From NCBI GenBank assembly GCA_965207455.1, contig CBDBMJ010000001.1, forward strand, positions 1 through 64,000: a stretch of 64,000 nucleotides of DNA. Reading direction: 5' to 3'. Shown here piece after piece: positions 42,234 through 52,486 of this stretch. The position numbers and the translations under genes were made by a program. The stretch is from Bdellovibrionota bacterium. Lineage in GTDB: Bacteria > Bdellovibrionota > UBA1018 > CAIPTA01 > JAALKR01. The stretch's first letter is position 1, and each line of letters begins with the position of its first letter. The notes beneath the pieces are model-generated. The model ran no database searches, was not told the origin of the DNA, and was given only the letters and a program-made list of their open reading frames with translations.

Positions 42234-44113
42234 TCTTCTTTAGTATCCGTTGCTGGCGTTTCTTCTTCTGCTGCTTTTTTTGCTGGTGCTTTCTCTGCTG
42301 GTTCTTTTTTTGCTGCCGGTTTTGTTTTCAACTTGAGTTTGCCGCCAAATAACTTTCCTAACGTACTGGTAGTAGTTTTCTTTTCTCCCATATAGGTTTC
42401 AATATCAGCTCGCTCTTTCATTTCTTTGTAAGCTTTAACGGAGAGGTTGATTTTGCGTTCCTTGGGATCGATGGTGGTGATTTGTGCTTTGGTAACGTCG
42501 CCCACGTTTAGCACATCGGTTATTTTGTCTACTTTCTCAGGTGAGCCTGTCTCGGAAATATGAATAAAGCCCTCCAGACGAGTCTCTATTTCTAAAAAGG
42601 CACCATGGTTATTCGTTCTTGTAATTTTGCCTTCTATCACTTGACCCATCTTGTATCGATCTTTAACGCCTTCCCATGGGTCATGCTCCAATTGCTTGAT
42701 ACCCAGAGAAAACTTTTCCGTTTCTTTGTCGATGGAAAGTACCAGGGCTTGAATTTTTTGGCCTTTTTCTAACATTTCAGAAGGGTGGTTTACTTTCTTT
42801 GTCCAAGAAAGGTCGCTCACATGAACGAGACCGTCAATTTTTTCATCAATGTCCACGAAGGCACCAAAATCAGTGACATTTTTAACAGTACCCTCAACCG
42901 TAGATCCAACAGGGAATTTTTGCTCCAAGAGATCCCATGGGTTTACTGTCAACTGCTTTAAGCCCAGAGAAATGCGGTGGTTTTTAACATCAACATCGAG
43001 AACTTGACATTCCAACTCTTCATTTTCATCGGTGTTAAGCATTTTTGATGGATGCTTAACCCGGTTTGTCCAACTCATCTCACTCACATGGATTAAGCCC
43101 TCAATACCATCTTGCAATTCCACAAAAACGCCGTAGTCCTTAACGGAGATTACCTTACCTTTAACTTTATCGCCGATCTGGTAAACTTCTCCAACCTTGT
43201 CCCATGGGTTATCTTGAACTTGCTTTATGCCAAGGGATACTCGCTCGCGCTCTTTGTCGTATTTTAAAATTCTAACGGTGATTTCATCGCCCACACTAAA
43301 TATTTCCGTGGGGTGCTTGATGCGTCCCCAACTCATATCTGTAATGTGAAGAAGACCATCCATACCGCCAAGGTCGACAAAGGCACCATAGTCAGTGATA
43401 TTTTTCACCACACCTTGAACCACTTGCCCTTCTTGTAATTGTCCCAATGTTTCCTCTCTAAGTTTTTCATGCTCTTTTAATAGAAGAGTCTTACGGGAGA
43501 GAACAATATTTCCTCGCTGCTTATTGAATTTGATTACTTTAAAATTTAGTTTTTTCCCAACATATTTATCCAAATTGCGGACAGGGCGAATGTCTATTTG
43601 TGAGCCGGGAAGGAATGCCTTGACTCCAATATCCACAGACAAGCCTCCTTTTATCTTAGAGAGAACGGTGCCAGAAATAATCTCGTCTTTTTCACAGGCA
43701 TGGGCAATGGTATCCCAAGCTAACATTACCTCTGCCTTGTCTTTAGAGAGGATCATGTGACCACTCTCATTCTCCACACATTCAAGGTAGACACTGATCG
43801 TATCCCCTGGAACAACAGACACTTCATTTCTTATATTGCGAAACTCTGCGATGGGAACCAGCCCTTCACTTTTGTAACCAATGTCCACGGTTACATAGTC
43901 GTTCATAACAGTGATTACTTTTCCTTGAACAACTTCGCCTTCTTTAATTCCAGAAAGGCCGTCATCGCCTTTTTCAAACAGCTCTTTAAACGAAGGTCCC
44001 GTATCTCCTGTGGCAAATTGTTTTTTATCCCGAGCTTCAATATCCTGCTGGTCGATTTGATTCGCTTCATCCAGGCCTACTGTCTCAAAATCGTTTATCC
44101 ACTTATTTTCCAT
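42230..44113 (-). CDS. rpsA: 30S ribosomal protein S1 (possible upstream ATC start at 44173)
   Basis: Six S1 domains; DIGYKSEG, AFLPGSQID, DGLLHITDMSW. Confidence 0.96.
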   Translation of the reverse strand: MENKWINDFETVGLDEANQIDQQDIEARDKKQFATGDTGPSFKELFEKGDDGLSGIKEGEVVQGKVITVMNDYVTVDIGYKSEGLVPIAEFRNIRNEVSVVPGDTISVYLECVENESGHMILSKDKAEVMLAWDTIAHACEKDEIISGTVLSKIKGGLSVDIGVKAFLPGSQIDIRPVRNLDKYVGKKLNFKVIKFNKQRGNIVLSRKTLLLKEHEKLREETLGQLQEGQVVQGVVKNITDYGAFVDLGGMDGLLHITDMSWGRIKHPTEIFSVGDEITVRILKYDKERERVSLGIKQVQDNPWDKVGEVYQIGDKVKGKVISVKDYGVFVELQDGIEGLIHVSEMSWTNRVKHPSKMLNTDENEELECQVLDVDVKNHRISLGLKQLTVNPWDLLEQKFPVGSTVEGTVKNVTDFGAFVDIDEKIDGLVHVSDLSWTKKVNHPSEMLEKGQKIQALVLSIDKETEKFSLGIKQLEHDPWEGVKDRYKMGQVIEGKITRTNNHGAFLEIETRLEGFIHISETGSPEKVDKITDVLNVGDVTKAQITTIDPKERKINLSVKAYKEMKERADIETYMGEKKTTTSTLGKLFGGKLKLKTKPAAKKEPAEKAPAKKAAEEETPATDTKED

Positions 44114-44397
44114 TTTTTTGTGTTGTCTTAGATTGGCTTTATCTGAAGAAGCCGTATTCGATGTAGTGCTGATTGTAGAGTCCCCCTTTCAAAGGTCTTG
44201 ATACCCTTTAAAACATAAAAAACCGAATTGATCAATAAATTTTATGCGCCTGCCAGAAACACTTAGCAGAGACGCCCACCAGAGACACCTACCAGAGGCA
44301 TGGCGTAAGAAAGCCACATATAGATAGGGCAGAAAGTGGAATATTTTATTAAGTTAAGGAAAACAGGGATTTAGAAAAAATACGGTCCTGGTTACAA

Positions 44398-44437
44398 TAG
44401 TACTTGACTAATTAAATGATTTGATGCATGATGCGCT
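44398..44437 (+). promoter_or_regulatory. Sigma70-like promoter, possibly giving a leaderless mRNA
   Basis: TTGACT-17nt-CATGAT, ending 5 nt before ATG 44438; no SD. Confidence 0.5.
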
Positions 44438-44887
44438 ATGGAAGAAGAGAAGACGAAAAAGCAAAAAATACATTATGCCTATTTAGGTCTACTACGTATT
44501 CTCAGCCTTACGGCAGCGATGCTGCTGTATACATATAGCATTGGTTCTACAGGGAAAGATCAGAGAAATTATTCTGATACAGGTGATTGCAAATTTCACC
44601 TTCCGTCGCAAGACATCTTATCCCAAATAGGACAGGGCAATCATCAAAGAGATTACGAAATTATAGTCGAAGAGTGCGGTGCCACAGCATCTACAGTAGA
44701 GGACTATGTGAGCGGTAATATTTACGATGCTTACAACTACAAGGGGGAAATAATTGAGAACTATAGCAGCTATGGTTGCGCCGGCTATAGAGCCTCTCTA
44801 GACAAAAACCGGGCAAGCATACAGAATCTCGATGATCGGAAGGTATGCGAAACAAACACTGATTATTACTCTCTGTACAATAGGTAG
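44438..44887 (+). CDS. Hypothetical membrane-anchored protein
   Basis: N-terminal hydrophobic segment; four Cys. Confidence 0.55.
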   Translation: MEEEKTKKQKIHYAYLGLLRILSLTAAMLLYTYSIGSTGKDQRNYSDTGDCKFHLPSQDILSQIGQGNHQRDYEIIVEECGATASTVEDYVSGNIYDAYNYKGEIIENYSSYGCAGYRASLDKNRASIQNLDDRKVCETNTDYYSLYNR

Positions 44888-44976
44888 AGAGAGATTTCGG
44901 CAGCCAGAAACAAAAAAATATCAGATTAAATTAATAAAAACAATAGGTTATAAATTTCTGATAAAAACAGTCAAAG

Positions 44977-45013
44977 TAGTACTTGACCGTCACTGTATTT
45001 TATGGCATAATGC
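44977..45013 (+). promoter_or_regulatory. Sigma70-like promoter sharing a motif with the one at 44398
   Basis: tagtacTTGACC-17nt-CATAATgc. Confidence 0.5.
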
Positions 45014-45085
45014 ACCATACTGGCTTTGATGCATAGTGCGTCTTTGGCAGCAGAAATTAATAAACTAACAAATGGGGATAAGAAA

Positions 45086-45364
45086 ATGAAGAAACAAAAT
45101 AATACAATAGTAATAGCAACAGCAATGCTTGCAATAGCATTATCAGGGTGTGGTGGATTGTCTGGATCTAAGCAACAGGATTGGAAGCCTGTGATCGAGC
45201 AATCTGATACCTTGGAATTAGAAAACAGATCTGATGATAATGGAAATTTCAGCTTAGCAGATGATGAGGGAAATATCATCGTAGCAGATGATGAGGGAAA
45301 TGCTAAAGGAAGAGTACAAATAACAATAGGAAGATTTCCATCTTTTGGAAATCCCAACTTGTAA
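45086..45364 (+). CDS. Small hypothetical lipoprotein with a 9-aa xDDxGN repeat
   Basis: Lipobox LSGC; SDDNGNFSL-ADDEGNIIV-ADDEGNAKG. Confidence 0.65.
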   Translation: MKKQNNTIVIATAMLAIALSGCGGLSGSKQQDWKPVIEQSDTLELENRSDDNGNFSLADDEGNIIVADDEGNAKGRVQITIGRFPSFGNPNL

Positions 45365-45524
45365 TGTGGATAGTGCTGTAGTAATTGATTACCTTCAAAA
45401 ACAATAGATCAGCATTCATTCAATACTCAGGTTTCGTGAAAATATTCAGGAAAAGGCTTGCAATTTAATGCGATGCAGTGTACTGTTTGTAGGTAATTTT
45501 TAATGAATAAAAGGATGGTTTCCC

Positions 45525-45818
45525 ATGGGTACAGTTATTTCTCTACAAGCATACAAAAAGCTTAAAGAATGCCACAAGCGTTGCTTGGGCTATCAGAAAA
45601 AGCTGATGGGTATGGACAATATGGAGCTAATTTTGGAACTGGAGCGCTATAGCGAGGAGTTTGATAAAGACTCCCATAGCTTTATGACGGTTGTGAAGGG
45701 GAGGCTTTTGATGAGGATTCTTAAGCAAAAATCTCTTACCAATATATTGAAGAAGTATGTGGCCAGTGAGGAGGCTCGGATTCAGAATCGGCAGCGGTGG
45801 ATATCCGAGGAGATCTAA
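45525..45818 (+). CDS. Hypothetical protein
   Basis: SD aagga; upstream TTGCAA-17nt-TACTGT (45458-45486). Confidence 0.6.
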   Translation: MGTVISLQAYKKLKECHKRCLGYQKKLMGMDNMELILELERYSEEFDKDSHSFMTVVKGRLLMRILKQKSLTNILKKYVASEEARIQNRQRWISEEI

Positions 45819-45826
45819 TTGTGGTT

Positions 45827-47179
45827 TTACATAAGGTGTGTGGCCAGTTCTGAGAGCTCAGATCGTTCCCCTTTTGTGAGTATCACGCTTCCAGCGATGG
45901 CTTCATTTTTAAAGCGTTCCACCACATAGCTTAGGCCGTTGCTTGCTTCATCGAGGTAGGGGCTATCGATTTGGAGAGTGTCTCCAGTGATCACAATTTT
46001 TGTACGTTCTCCAGCCCGGGTGATGATGGTTTTCATTTCGTGGGGGGAGAGGTTTTGGGCTTCGTCGATAATCATAAATTGTTGGGGGATGGATCGTCCC
46101 CGGATATAGGTCAGTGGTTCGATATTTAGGATTCCCTGATCCACGAGTTCTTGGCAGCCCCTATCGATACTTCCCCTTCGTCGGTTTTTTGTGACGGAGC
46201 TTGAACCCAGGAGGAAGTCGATATTATCAAATACGGGTTGCATATAGGGGTGGAGTTTTTCCTCTACGGTTCCAGGGAGGAAGCCGATGTCCTTACCAAG
46301 GGGCATGACGGGTCTACTCACCAGTAGGCGATTGTATATATTATCGTCCACGGTTTTCGACAATCCAGCGGCAAGCGTGAGGAGGGTCTTTCCCGTGCCT
46401 GCTTTGCCCACTAGGCTTACGAGTTTTATTTTGTCGTTGAGTAGCAGATCGACGGCAAAGGTTTGCTCCACATTTCTGGGAAAAATACCCCAGAGTCCTT
46501 TTACAAATTTATGGACGGGAACAATCGCGTCCTCCTCTTTGTCAAAACGACCAATGGCTGTGTGGGTGGGGTTGCTCTCGTCCTTTAATACGACAAACTG
46601 ATTGGGGAATAATTGGATCTTGGGGAGAGTTAGCTTTTTCTCTAAGAAAAGTGTGTCGATACTTTCTCCTGGGACAAGCTGGGTGCTGATGCCCGAAAAG
46701 AGTTGATCGTCTCCTTCCTGGTCCATTTGGCCAGAGAATTGTTTGAGCTGGTAGTCTTGCGCTTGAATGCCAAAGGCGTCCGCCTTGATACGAAGGTTTA
46801 TATCCTTGGAAATAAGCTTGGTTTGGTGGTCTGGGTGTTCTTCCTGGAGATTGGCTGCTACGGAAAGCATTTGATTGTCCGCTTTACTCACATCAAAGCC
46901 TGGACCCAAGGCAGAGACATTTGTCATTTCCACCCTCAGGAGTCCGCCTCCATTGGGTAGGGTAACTCCTTTGTTGAGAGCTCCCTGTTTGCGAAGTCCA
47001 TCGATGAGGCGAGAGAAGGTGCGAGCACTACGTCCGTTTTCCGTCATGCTGTGCTTGAAGCGGTCAATTTCCTCAATGACGATAATGGGGATAACCACAT
47101 CATTTTTTTGAAATTTAAAAATAGCGTGGGGGTCGAAGAGAACAACGTTGGTATCAATAACGACAATAGATTTTTTCAA
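45827..47179 (-). CDS. PIN-PhoH (PhoH2-type) protein
   Basis: VIDTNV PIN domain; GKAGTGKT, RGRSI, DEAQN; SD ggagg before the TTG. Confidence 0.92.
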   Translation of the reverse strand: MKKSIVVIDTNVVLFDPHAIFKFQKNDVVIPIIVIEEIDRFKHSMTENGRSARTFSRLIDGLRKQGALNKGVTLPNGGGLLRVEMTNVSALGPGFDVSKADNQMLSVAANLQEEHPDHQTKLISKDINLRIKADAFGIQAQDYQLKQFSGQMDQEGDDQLFSGISTQLVPGESIDTLFLEKKLTLPKIQLFPNQFVVLKDESNPTHTAIGRFDKEEDAIVPVHKFVKGLWGIFPRNVEQTFAVDLLLNDKIKLVSLVGKAGTGKTLLTLAAGLSKTVDDNIYNRLLVSRPVMPLGKDIGFLPGTVEEKLHPYMQPVFDNIDFLLGSSSVTKNRRRGSIDRGCQELVDQGILNIEPLTYIRGRSIPQQFMIIDEAQNLSPHEMKTIITRAGERTKIVITGDTLQIDSPYLDEASNGLSYVVERFKNEAIAGSVILTKGERSELSELATHLM

Positions 47180-47334
47180 TATTCCTCCAGCTGGGTTAAC
47201 TCATAGCATTATGTTGGGTTTTCCAAAGCTCCCCACCACATACTAATAAAATAGTATCTTAGGTGGAGCATTTTGCGCAAGAGGGGAGAAAAGTGTGGCA
47301 TTTTTTTTTATTCTATCGTACCTTTCTATTACTT

Positions 47335-47529
47335 ATGGCTGTTCCAAAGAAAAAAATATCCCAATCTCGAAGAGACATGCGCCGTTACTCCAATCGCTGG
47401 AAGCTAGAGGCCGTACATACTGTAGCGTGTTCCCATTGCAGCGGACCTGTTCGTCCACACTGCATCTGCGATAACTGCGGCTACTACTCCAAACGCCTAG
47501 CCATTCATCCTCAAAACGGAGATGTATAG
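47335..47529 (+). CDS. rpmF: 50S ribosomal protein L32
   Basis: MAVPKKKISQSRRDMRR; CxxC..CxxCGYY. Confidence 0.95.
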   Translation: MAVPKKKISQSRRDMRRYSNRWKLEAVHTVACSHCSGPVRPHCICDNCGYYSKRLAIHPQNGDV

Positions 47530-47547
47530 TTTTTCTAGGATTTTTAA

Positions 47548-48609
47548 ATGAATACCCCTACTGCCACAATTTATTTGGATGCTATGGGAGGCGACCTAGC
47601 TCCTGGTATTAATATTCAGGGTGCGGTACTTGCCCTAGAAGCCTGTAACTCTACGGTTGTACTGGTGGGAGATCGCGCTCAAATTGAGCCGCTACTGGAA
47701 GAGGCAATAAAAAAAAGTAATCTCCAAGATACGGCTCATCGGATTCGCATAGAGCACACCACTGAGGTGATTGCCATGGACGATCATCCCTCCAAGGCAG
47801 TGCGTTCTAAAAAAAATGCATCCCTAAATATAGCCATGCGATTGGCTGCTGCCGATAAGAATTCAGCTTTTTTAAGCGCAGGAAATTCTGGAGCCGCGCT
47901 TGCCTCAGGAGTGTTTCACATGAAGCGTCTGCCAGGAGTAGAGCGTCCTGCCATTGCAGCATCCTTGCCAACAAGGACGGATCACCGTACTTTATTGGTG
48001 GATGCGGGAGCCAATACTCAGTGCAATCCCAGTCAATTGGTTCAGTTTGCCCTCTTGGGTTCCACAATGGTCCAACAGCTTTTTCCCGGTCGTGAGGGTT
48101 CCATTGGAGTATTGTCCAACGGGGAGGAAGACACGAAGGGAACGGATCTTACGCGAGAGACGAGTCGTATTTTAAGAAAACTGGAATCCATGGACCTTAT
48201 TCCTAAGGGGATCTTTCGTGGGTATACCGAGGGAAAAAAATGTATTGATGGTGCGGTGGATGTGCTAGTTTGCGACGGTTTCACAGGTAATATTTTACTG
48301 AAATCCTTGGAGGGTTGTGTTTCCACGGTAGCCTATATCCTCAAGGAAGCAGTGAGGACAAACTACTTAGCAAAAATTGGCATGCTCTTGGCAAGCGGAC
48401 CGCTGAAAAAATTACGAGCCAAGCTGGACTACTCTGAGGTGGGAGGGGCTCCTCTGATTGGCCTGAATGGGCAGGCATTTATTGCCCATGGAGGCTCCCA
48501 ACCCCGAGCCATTAAAAATGCAATTTTACAAGCATCTAGGGCAGTGGAAACTAATTTACCCGATATGTTAGTTAGCATTATTAATAAAACAAAGCCCCAT
48601 CTGCAGTGA
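47548..48609 (+). CDS. plsX: Phosphate acyltransferase
   Basis: DAMGGD, SAGNSGA, CDGFTGN, GGAPLIG. Confidence 0.95.
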   Translation: MNTPTATIYLDAMGGDLAPGINIQGAVLALEACNSTVVLVGDRAQIEPLLEEAIKKSNLQDTAHRIRIEHTTEVIAMDDHPSKAVRSKKNASLNIAMRLAAADKNSAFLSAGNSGAALASGVFHMKRLPGVERPAIAASLPTRTDHRTLLVDAGANTQCNPSQLVQFALLGSTMVQQLFPGREGSIGVLSNGEEDTKGTDLTRETSRILRKLESMDLIPKGIFRGYTEGKKCIDGAVDVLVCDGFTGNILLKSLEGCVSTVAYILKEAVRTNYLAKIGMLLASGPLKKLRAKLDYSEVGGAPLIGLNGQAFIAHGGSQPRAIKNAILQASRAVETNLPDMLVSIINKTKPHLQ

Positions 48610-48628
48610 TGATTTATGGAGGTATTCC

Positions 48629-49615
48629 TTGCAGCATTCTAAAGTTCTTTCTCTGGGGTCTTATTTCCCTGAGCAAATTGTAACAAATCGTGATTTAGAA
48701 AAAATAATAGATACCACAGATGAATGGATTGCGGACCGTTCTGGAATTCATGCTCGTCGAAAAATAGCTCCAGGACAAAGCAATAGTGATATGGGTGCCA
48801 TTGCTGCTAAACAGGCTCTTAAGAGAGCAAATGTGGACCCCATGGACGTGGACCTTATCATCTACTGTACCGCTTCTCCAGATAAGCTATTGCCCAGCAC
48901 GGGTTGTATTATGCAACCAAAAATTGGAGCCATGAATGCGGCTGCCTTTGATTTAGCGGCTGCTTGTTGTGGCTGGTTGCTGGGTCTTTCCGTGGCGGAT
49001 CAGTATATTCGCTCAGGAGCCTATAAAAATATTTTAATCATGGGTGTGGAGGCCCTTTCTCGTGTAACAAACTGGAAGGATCGCAATACTTGTGTGCTAT
49101 TTGGAGATGGAGCTGGTTGTTGCCTTTTAACTCCTAGGGAGCAGGGGGAGTCCAGTCAAATATACTCTCCGCACATGAAATCCGATGGACGCTATGAAGG
49201 GATTTTAGATATACCCGCTGGGGGATCGAGCACGTCTCTCACTAAGGAACTTTTAGAGGCGAATGAGCACTGTATACACATGAGGGGCAGGGAAGTGTTT
49301 AAGCTGGCAGTAACAGCCCTAGCAGAGCGCTCTCAGGAAGCCCTAGACGGTGCTGGGTATTCGGTTGACGATGTTGACTGGTTTATTCCCCACCAAGCCA
49401 ATATTCGCATCATCGAGGTGGTGGCAAAAAAGCTCAATGTTCCTAAAGAAAAGATTCTTATTAACTTAGATAGGTACGGAAACACAAGTGCTGCCACCAT
49501 TCCAACAGTAATGGATGAGGCTGTGGAGCAGGGAAAAATTAAACGGGGTCAACTGCTTTTGCTGGCCTCCTTTGGTGGAGGACTCACTTCGGCGGGTCAG
49601 TTGATTCGATGGTAG
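48629..49615 (+). CDS. fabH: 3-oxoacyl-ACP synthase III
   Basis: AAC, FGDGAG, PHQANIRI, GNTSAA. Confidence 0.95.
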   Translation: MQHSKVLSLGSYFPEQIVTNRDLEKIIDTTDEWIADRSGIHARRKIAPGQSNSDMGAIAAKQALKRANVDPMDVDLIIYCTASPDKLLPSTGCIMQPKIGAMNAAAFDLAAACCGWLLGLSVADQYIRSGAYKNILIMGVEALSRVTNWKDRNTCVLFGDGAGCCLLTPREQGESSQIYSPHMKSDGRYEGILDIPAGGSSTSLTKELLEANEHCIHMRGREVFKLAVTALAERSQEALDGAGYSVDDVDWFIPHQANIRIIEVVAKKLNVPKEKILINLDRYGNTSAATIPTVMDEAVEQGKIKRGQLLLLASFGGGLTSAGQLIRW

Positions 49616-49621
49616 AAATAG

Positions 49622-50407
49622 ATGGTCGGTATGAATAAAAAATATTTAGAAGGAAAGACTGCGATTGTTACGGGCGCCTCCCAAGGGATTGGAGCAGCCA
49701 TTGCTATTAAGCTTGCAAGAGCAGGTGCTTGGGTACTGATCAATTGTTCTAAAAGTAGGGATAAGGCAGAGGGTGTGTTGGAGGAAATAATGCGCCTAAA
49801 GGCGGAAAAGTTAGCGCCAGAGAGCGCTGGGGGTGCGGTGAGCCTGTTTTCCGTTTCCGACGCCACAGCCGTCAATGAGGCTGTTACCACGCTTTGTAAG
49901 GAAAGGGGTGGAGTCCAAGTGCTGGTCAACAATGCAGGTATTACACGCGATGGGCTTGTGATTCGTCAAAGTGAGGAAGATTGGAATGCGGTTATGGACA
50001 CGAACCTCAAGGGAGCGTTTCTTTGCACAAAGGCTTTGGCTCGTCCCATGCTAAAGGCACGGCAAGGATCCATTATCAATATCAGCAGTGTGGTGGGTGA
50101 GATGGGAAACCCAGGACAGGTATCCTACTGTGCCAGTAAGGCTGGGATGCTAGGACTCACAAAGTCCATGGCAAAGGAGCTGGGGCCTAGGGGAATTCGG
50201 GTCAATGCAATTACCCCTGGTTTTATAGAAACAAAAATGACGAGCGGCATCGATCCTGCCTCTAAAGAAAAAATGTTGGAAAATGTGTATTTAAGGCGTT
50301 TTGGGCGACCGGAAGAGGTTGCAAACCTTGTGGCTTGGTTGGCTTCTGAGGAGAGCAGTTATTTAACTGGGCAAGTCATTGGGGTAAACGGAGGACTTTA
50401 TATGTAA
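49622..50407 (+). CDS. fabG: 3-oxoacyl-ACP reductase
   Basis: TGASQGIG, NNAGITRD, YCASK, VNGGLYM. Confidence 0.95.
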   Translation: MVGMNKKYLEGKTAIVTGASQGIGAAIAIKLARAGAWVLINCSKSRDKAEGVLEEIMRLKAEKLAPESAGGAVSLFSVSDATAVNEAVTTLCKERGGVQVLVNNAGITRDGLVIRQSEEDWNAVMDTNLKGAFLCTKALARPMLKARQGSIINISSVVGEMGNPGQVSYCASKAGMLGLTKSMAKELGPRGIRVNAITPGFIETKMTSGIDPASKEKMLENVYLRRFGRPEEVANLVAWLASEESSYLTGQVIGVNGGLYM

Positions 50408-50487
50408 CTTGGCATCAAGCCTCTTGCACCCACGGAAAAGGGGTGTTATGGAATCATTGAAACGTAAACCTTAGGATATTTAAAATT

Positions 50488-50724
50488 ATGAATGTTGAAG
50501 ATCGAGTAAAAAATATTGTTTGTGAGCAATTAGCTGTAGAGGCAGATAAGGTGACAGAAACTGCTTCTTTTATCGACGATTTAGGGGCAGATAGCCTCGA
50601 CATTGTGGAGCTAGTAATGGTTATGGAAGAGCGCTTTGAGGTGGATATACCCGACTCAGATGCGGAGAAGATGCAAACCGTTGGCGATGCCATTAACTAC
50701 ATTAAAGAAAAAAAAGCTAATTAA
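50488..50724 (+). CDS. acpP: Acyl carrier protein
   Basis: [15 protein letters not shown]. Confidence 0.97.
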   Translation: MNVEDRVKNIVCEQLAVEADKVTETASFIDDLGADSLDIVELVMVMEERFEVDIPDSDAEKMQTVGDAINYIKEKKAN

Positions 50725-50738
50725 ACAGGAGGAACTCT

Positions 50739-52010
50739 GTGAGCCTAGCAAATTGGCCTCACTTAGGTCGTAGAGTTGTTGTTACAGGTCTGGGTGCTAT
50801 TACCCCCTTGGGGCATACGGTCTCTGAGACTTGGACAAATTTAATAGCCGGAAAATCTGGTGCTGCTCCTATTACCCTATTTGATGCCGCAGAACATTCT
50901 GTGCGTTTTGCCTGTGAAGTAAAAGACTATTCTTTTGACCAGCATCTCTCTAGGAAAGAACAGCGAAAAATGGGTCGCTTTATGCGGTTTGGTGTATGCG
51001 CATCTCTAGATGCTTGGAAAGACGCCGGTTTTGAGGGACGATCTGAGAATAATAAATTGGATCCTTTTCGTGTGGGCACCTATTTGGGTTCTGGCATAGG
51101 CGGTATTACTCTTATTGAAAATGCCTACAAGACAGCCATGGAGAAATCTCCCAAGCGAATTAGTACTTTCTTTATTCCGGGAACTATTTCTAATTTAATT
51201 AGCGGTCATGTGTCCATTTTATTAGGAGCCCAAGCCCATTGCGCCAGTGTGGTGAGTGCCTGTGCTTCTGGAAATCACAGCATTGGAGAGTCTGCCCTTT
51301 TAATCTCCAGAGGAGACGCAGATATTATGATCGCAGGAGGTGCAGAAGAAGGGGTGGGTATATGTAGTGTGGGAGGATTTGCTTCCATGAAAGCTCTTTC
51401 TACCCGTAACGACGATCCATCTAGGGCTTCCCGTCCCTTCGATAGGGATAGAGATGGTTTTGTGGTGGGTGAGGGCAGTGGAGTTCTTGTTTTAGAGGAG
51501 TATGAACATGCAAAGAAAAGAAATGCCCGCATTTATGGGGAGGTTACAGGTTATGCCAGCAATGCAGATGCCTACCATATGACTGCACCTAGTCCCAGTG
51601 GCGGTGGTGCCTATCACTGCATGAAACAAGCACTTGCTCACGGAAAGATTTCCTTAGAGTCGGTGGATTATATCAATACCCACGGTACATCTACTCCTTT
51701 AGGAGATCTTACCGAGTCTCAGAATATTGAATTATTATTCCAGGATCATGCAAAGAAAATGGCTTTATCGTCTACAAAAAGTATGACAGGGCACTTATTA
51801 GGTGCGGCTGGAGGAATAGAATCCTGCTTTAGTCTTAAGGCTTTAGAAACAGGAGAAATTCCTCCCACAATTAATTTAGAGAACCAGGATGAGGAGTGTC
51901 GCTTGAACTATACACCCAACGAGGCTGTACAGAAAAAATGCACAACAGTGCTCAATAACAGTTTTGGTTTTGGTGGCACCAATTCTTGTTTGGTTTTTTC
52001 TAAGGTATGA
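50739..52010 (+). CDS. fabF: 3-oxoacyl-ACP synthase II
   Basis: RRVVVTGLG, SACAS, HGTST, KSMTGHLLGAAG, NSFGFGG. Confidence 0.96.
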   Translation: MSLANWPHLGRRVVVTGLGAITPLGHTVSETWTNLIAGKSGAAPITLFDAAEHSVRFACEVKDYSFDQHLSRKEQRKMGRFMRFGVCASLDAWKDAGFEGRSENNKLDPFRVGTYLGSGIGGITLIENAYKTAMEKSPKRISTFFIPGTISNLISGHVSILLGAQAHCASVVSACASGNHSIGESALLISRGDADIMIAGGAEEGVGICSVGGFASMKALSTRNDDPSRASRPFDRDRDGFVVGEGSGVLVLEEYEHAKKRNARIYGEVTGYASNADAYHMTAPSPSGGGAYHCMKQALAHGKISLESVDYINTHGTSTPLGDLTESQNIELLFQDHAKKMALSSTKSMTGHLLGAAGGIESCFSLKALETGEIPPTINLENQDEECRLNYTPNEAVQKKCTTVLNNSFGFGGTNSCLVFSKV

Positions 52011-52021
52011 GGGTCTAGGGT

Positions 52022-52486
52022 ATGGAGAAATTATTTATTGCTGCCGATCATGCAGGCAAAGCGCTGAAAGATTTTTTATGCAATAACCTCAAAGAGTATA
52101 GTGTGGAAAACTTGGGCACTAATTTATTAGAACCAATGGACTATCCCGACCTTGCCAAACAACTATGTGAAAAAATCAAGGAAGGGAACGCCAAAGGTAT
52201 TTTAATTTGTGGCAGTGGAATTGGTATGAGTATTGCTGCTAATAAATGCACGGGTATTCGTGCAGCCCATGTGGAGAGTTTGCTCACAGCACGTTTAGCA
52301 GGAGAGCATAATCGAGCCAATGTGCTTTGTTTAGGGGAGCGAATAACTGCCCCTCACCATGCATTGGAAATTAGTAGGGCCTGGTTAACGGCAGAATTCG
52401 GAGGCAAAGGGGACGACGAAGCTGCAAAGTCCCGTCACCAAAGGCGCATTGATAAAATACACGACCTAGAAAGAGAGTCCCATTGA
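52022..52486 (+). CDS. rpiB: Ribose-5-phosphate isomerase B
   Basis: DHAG, DYPD, CGSGIGM, HNRAN, RHQRR. Confidence 0.93.
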   Translation: MEKLFIAADHAGKALKDFLCNNLKEYSVENLGTNLLEPMDYPDLAKQLCEKIKEGNAKGILICGSGIGMSIAANKCTGIRAAHVESLLTARLAGEHNRANVLCLGERITAPHHALEISRAWLTAEFGGKGDDEAAKSRHQRRIDKIHDLERESH

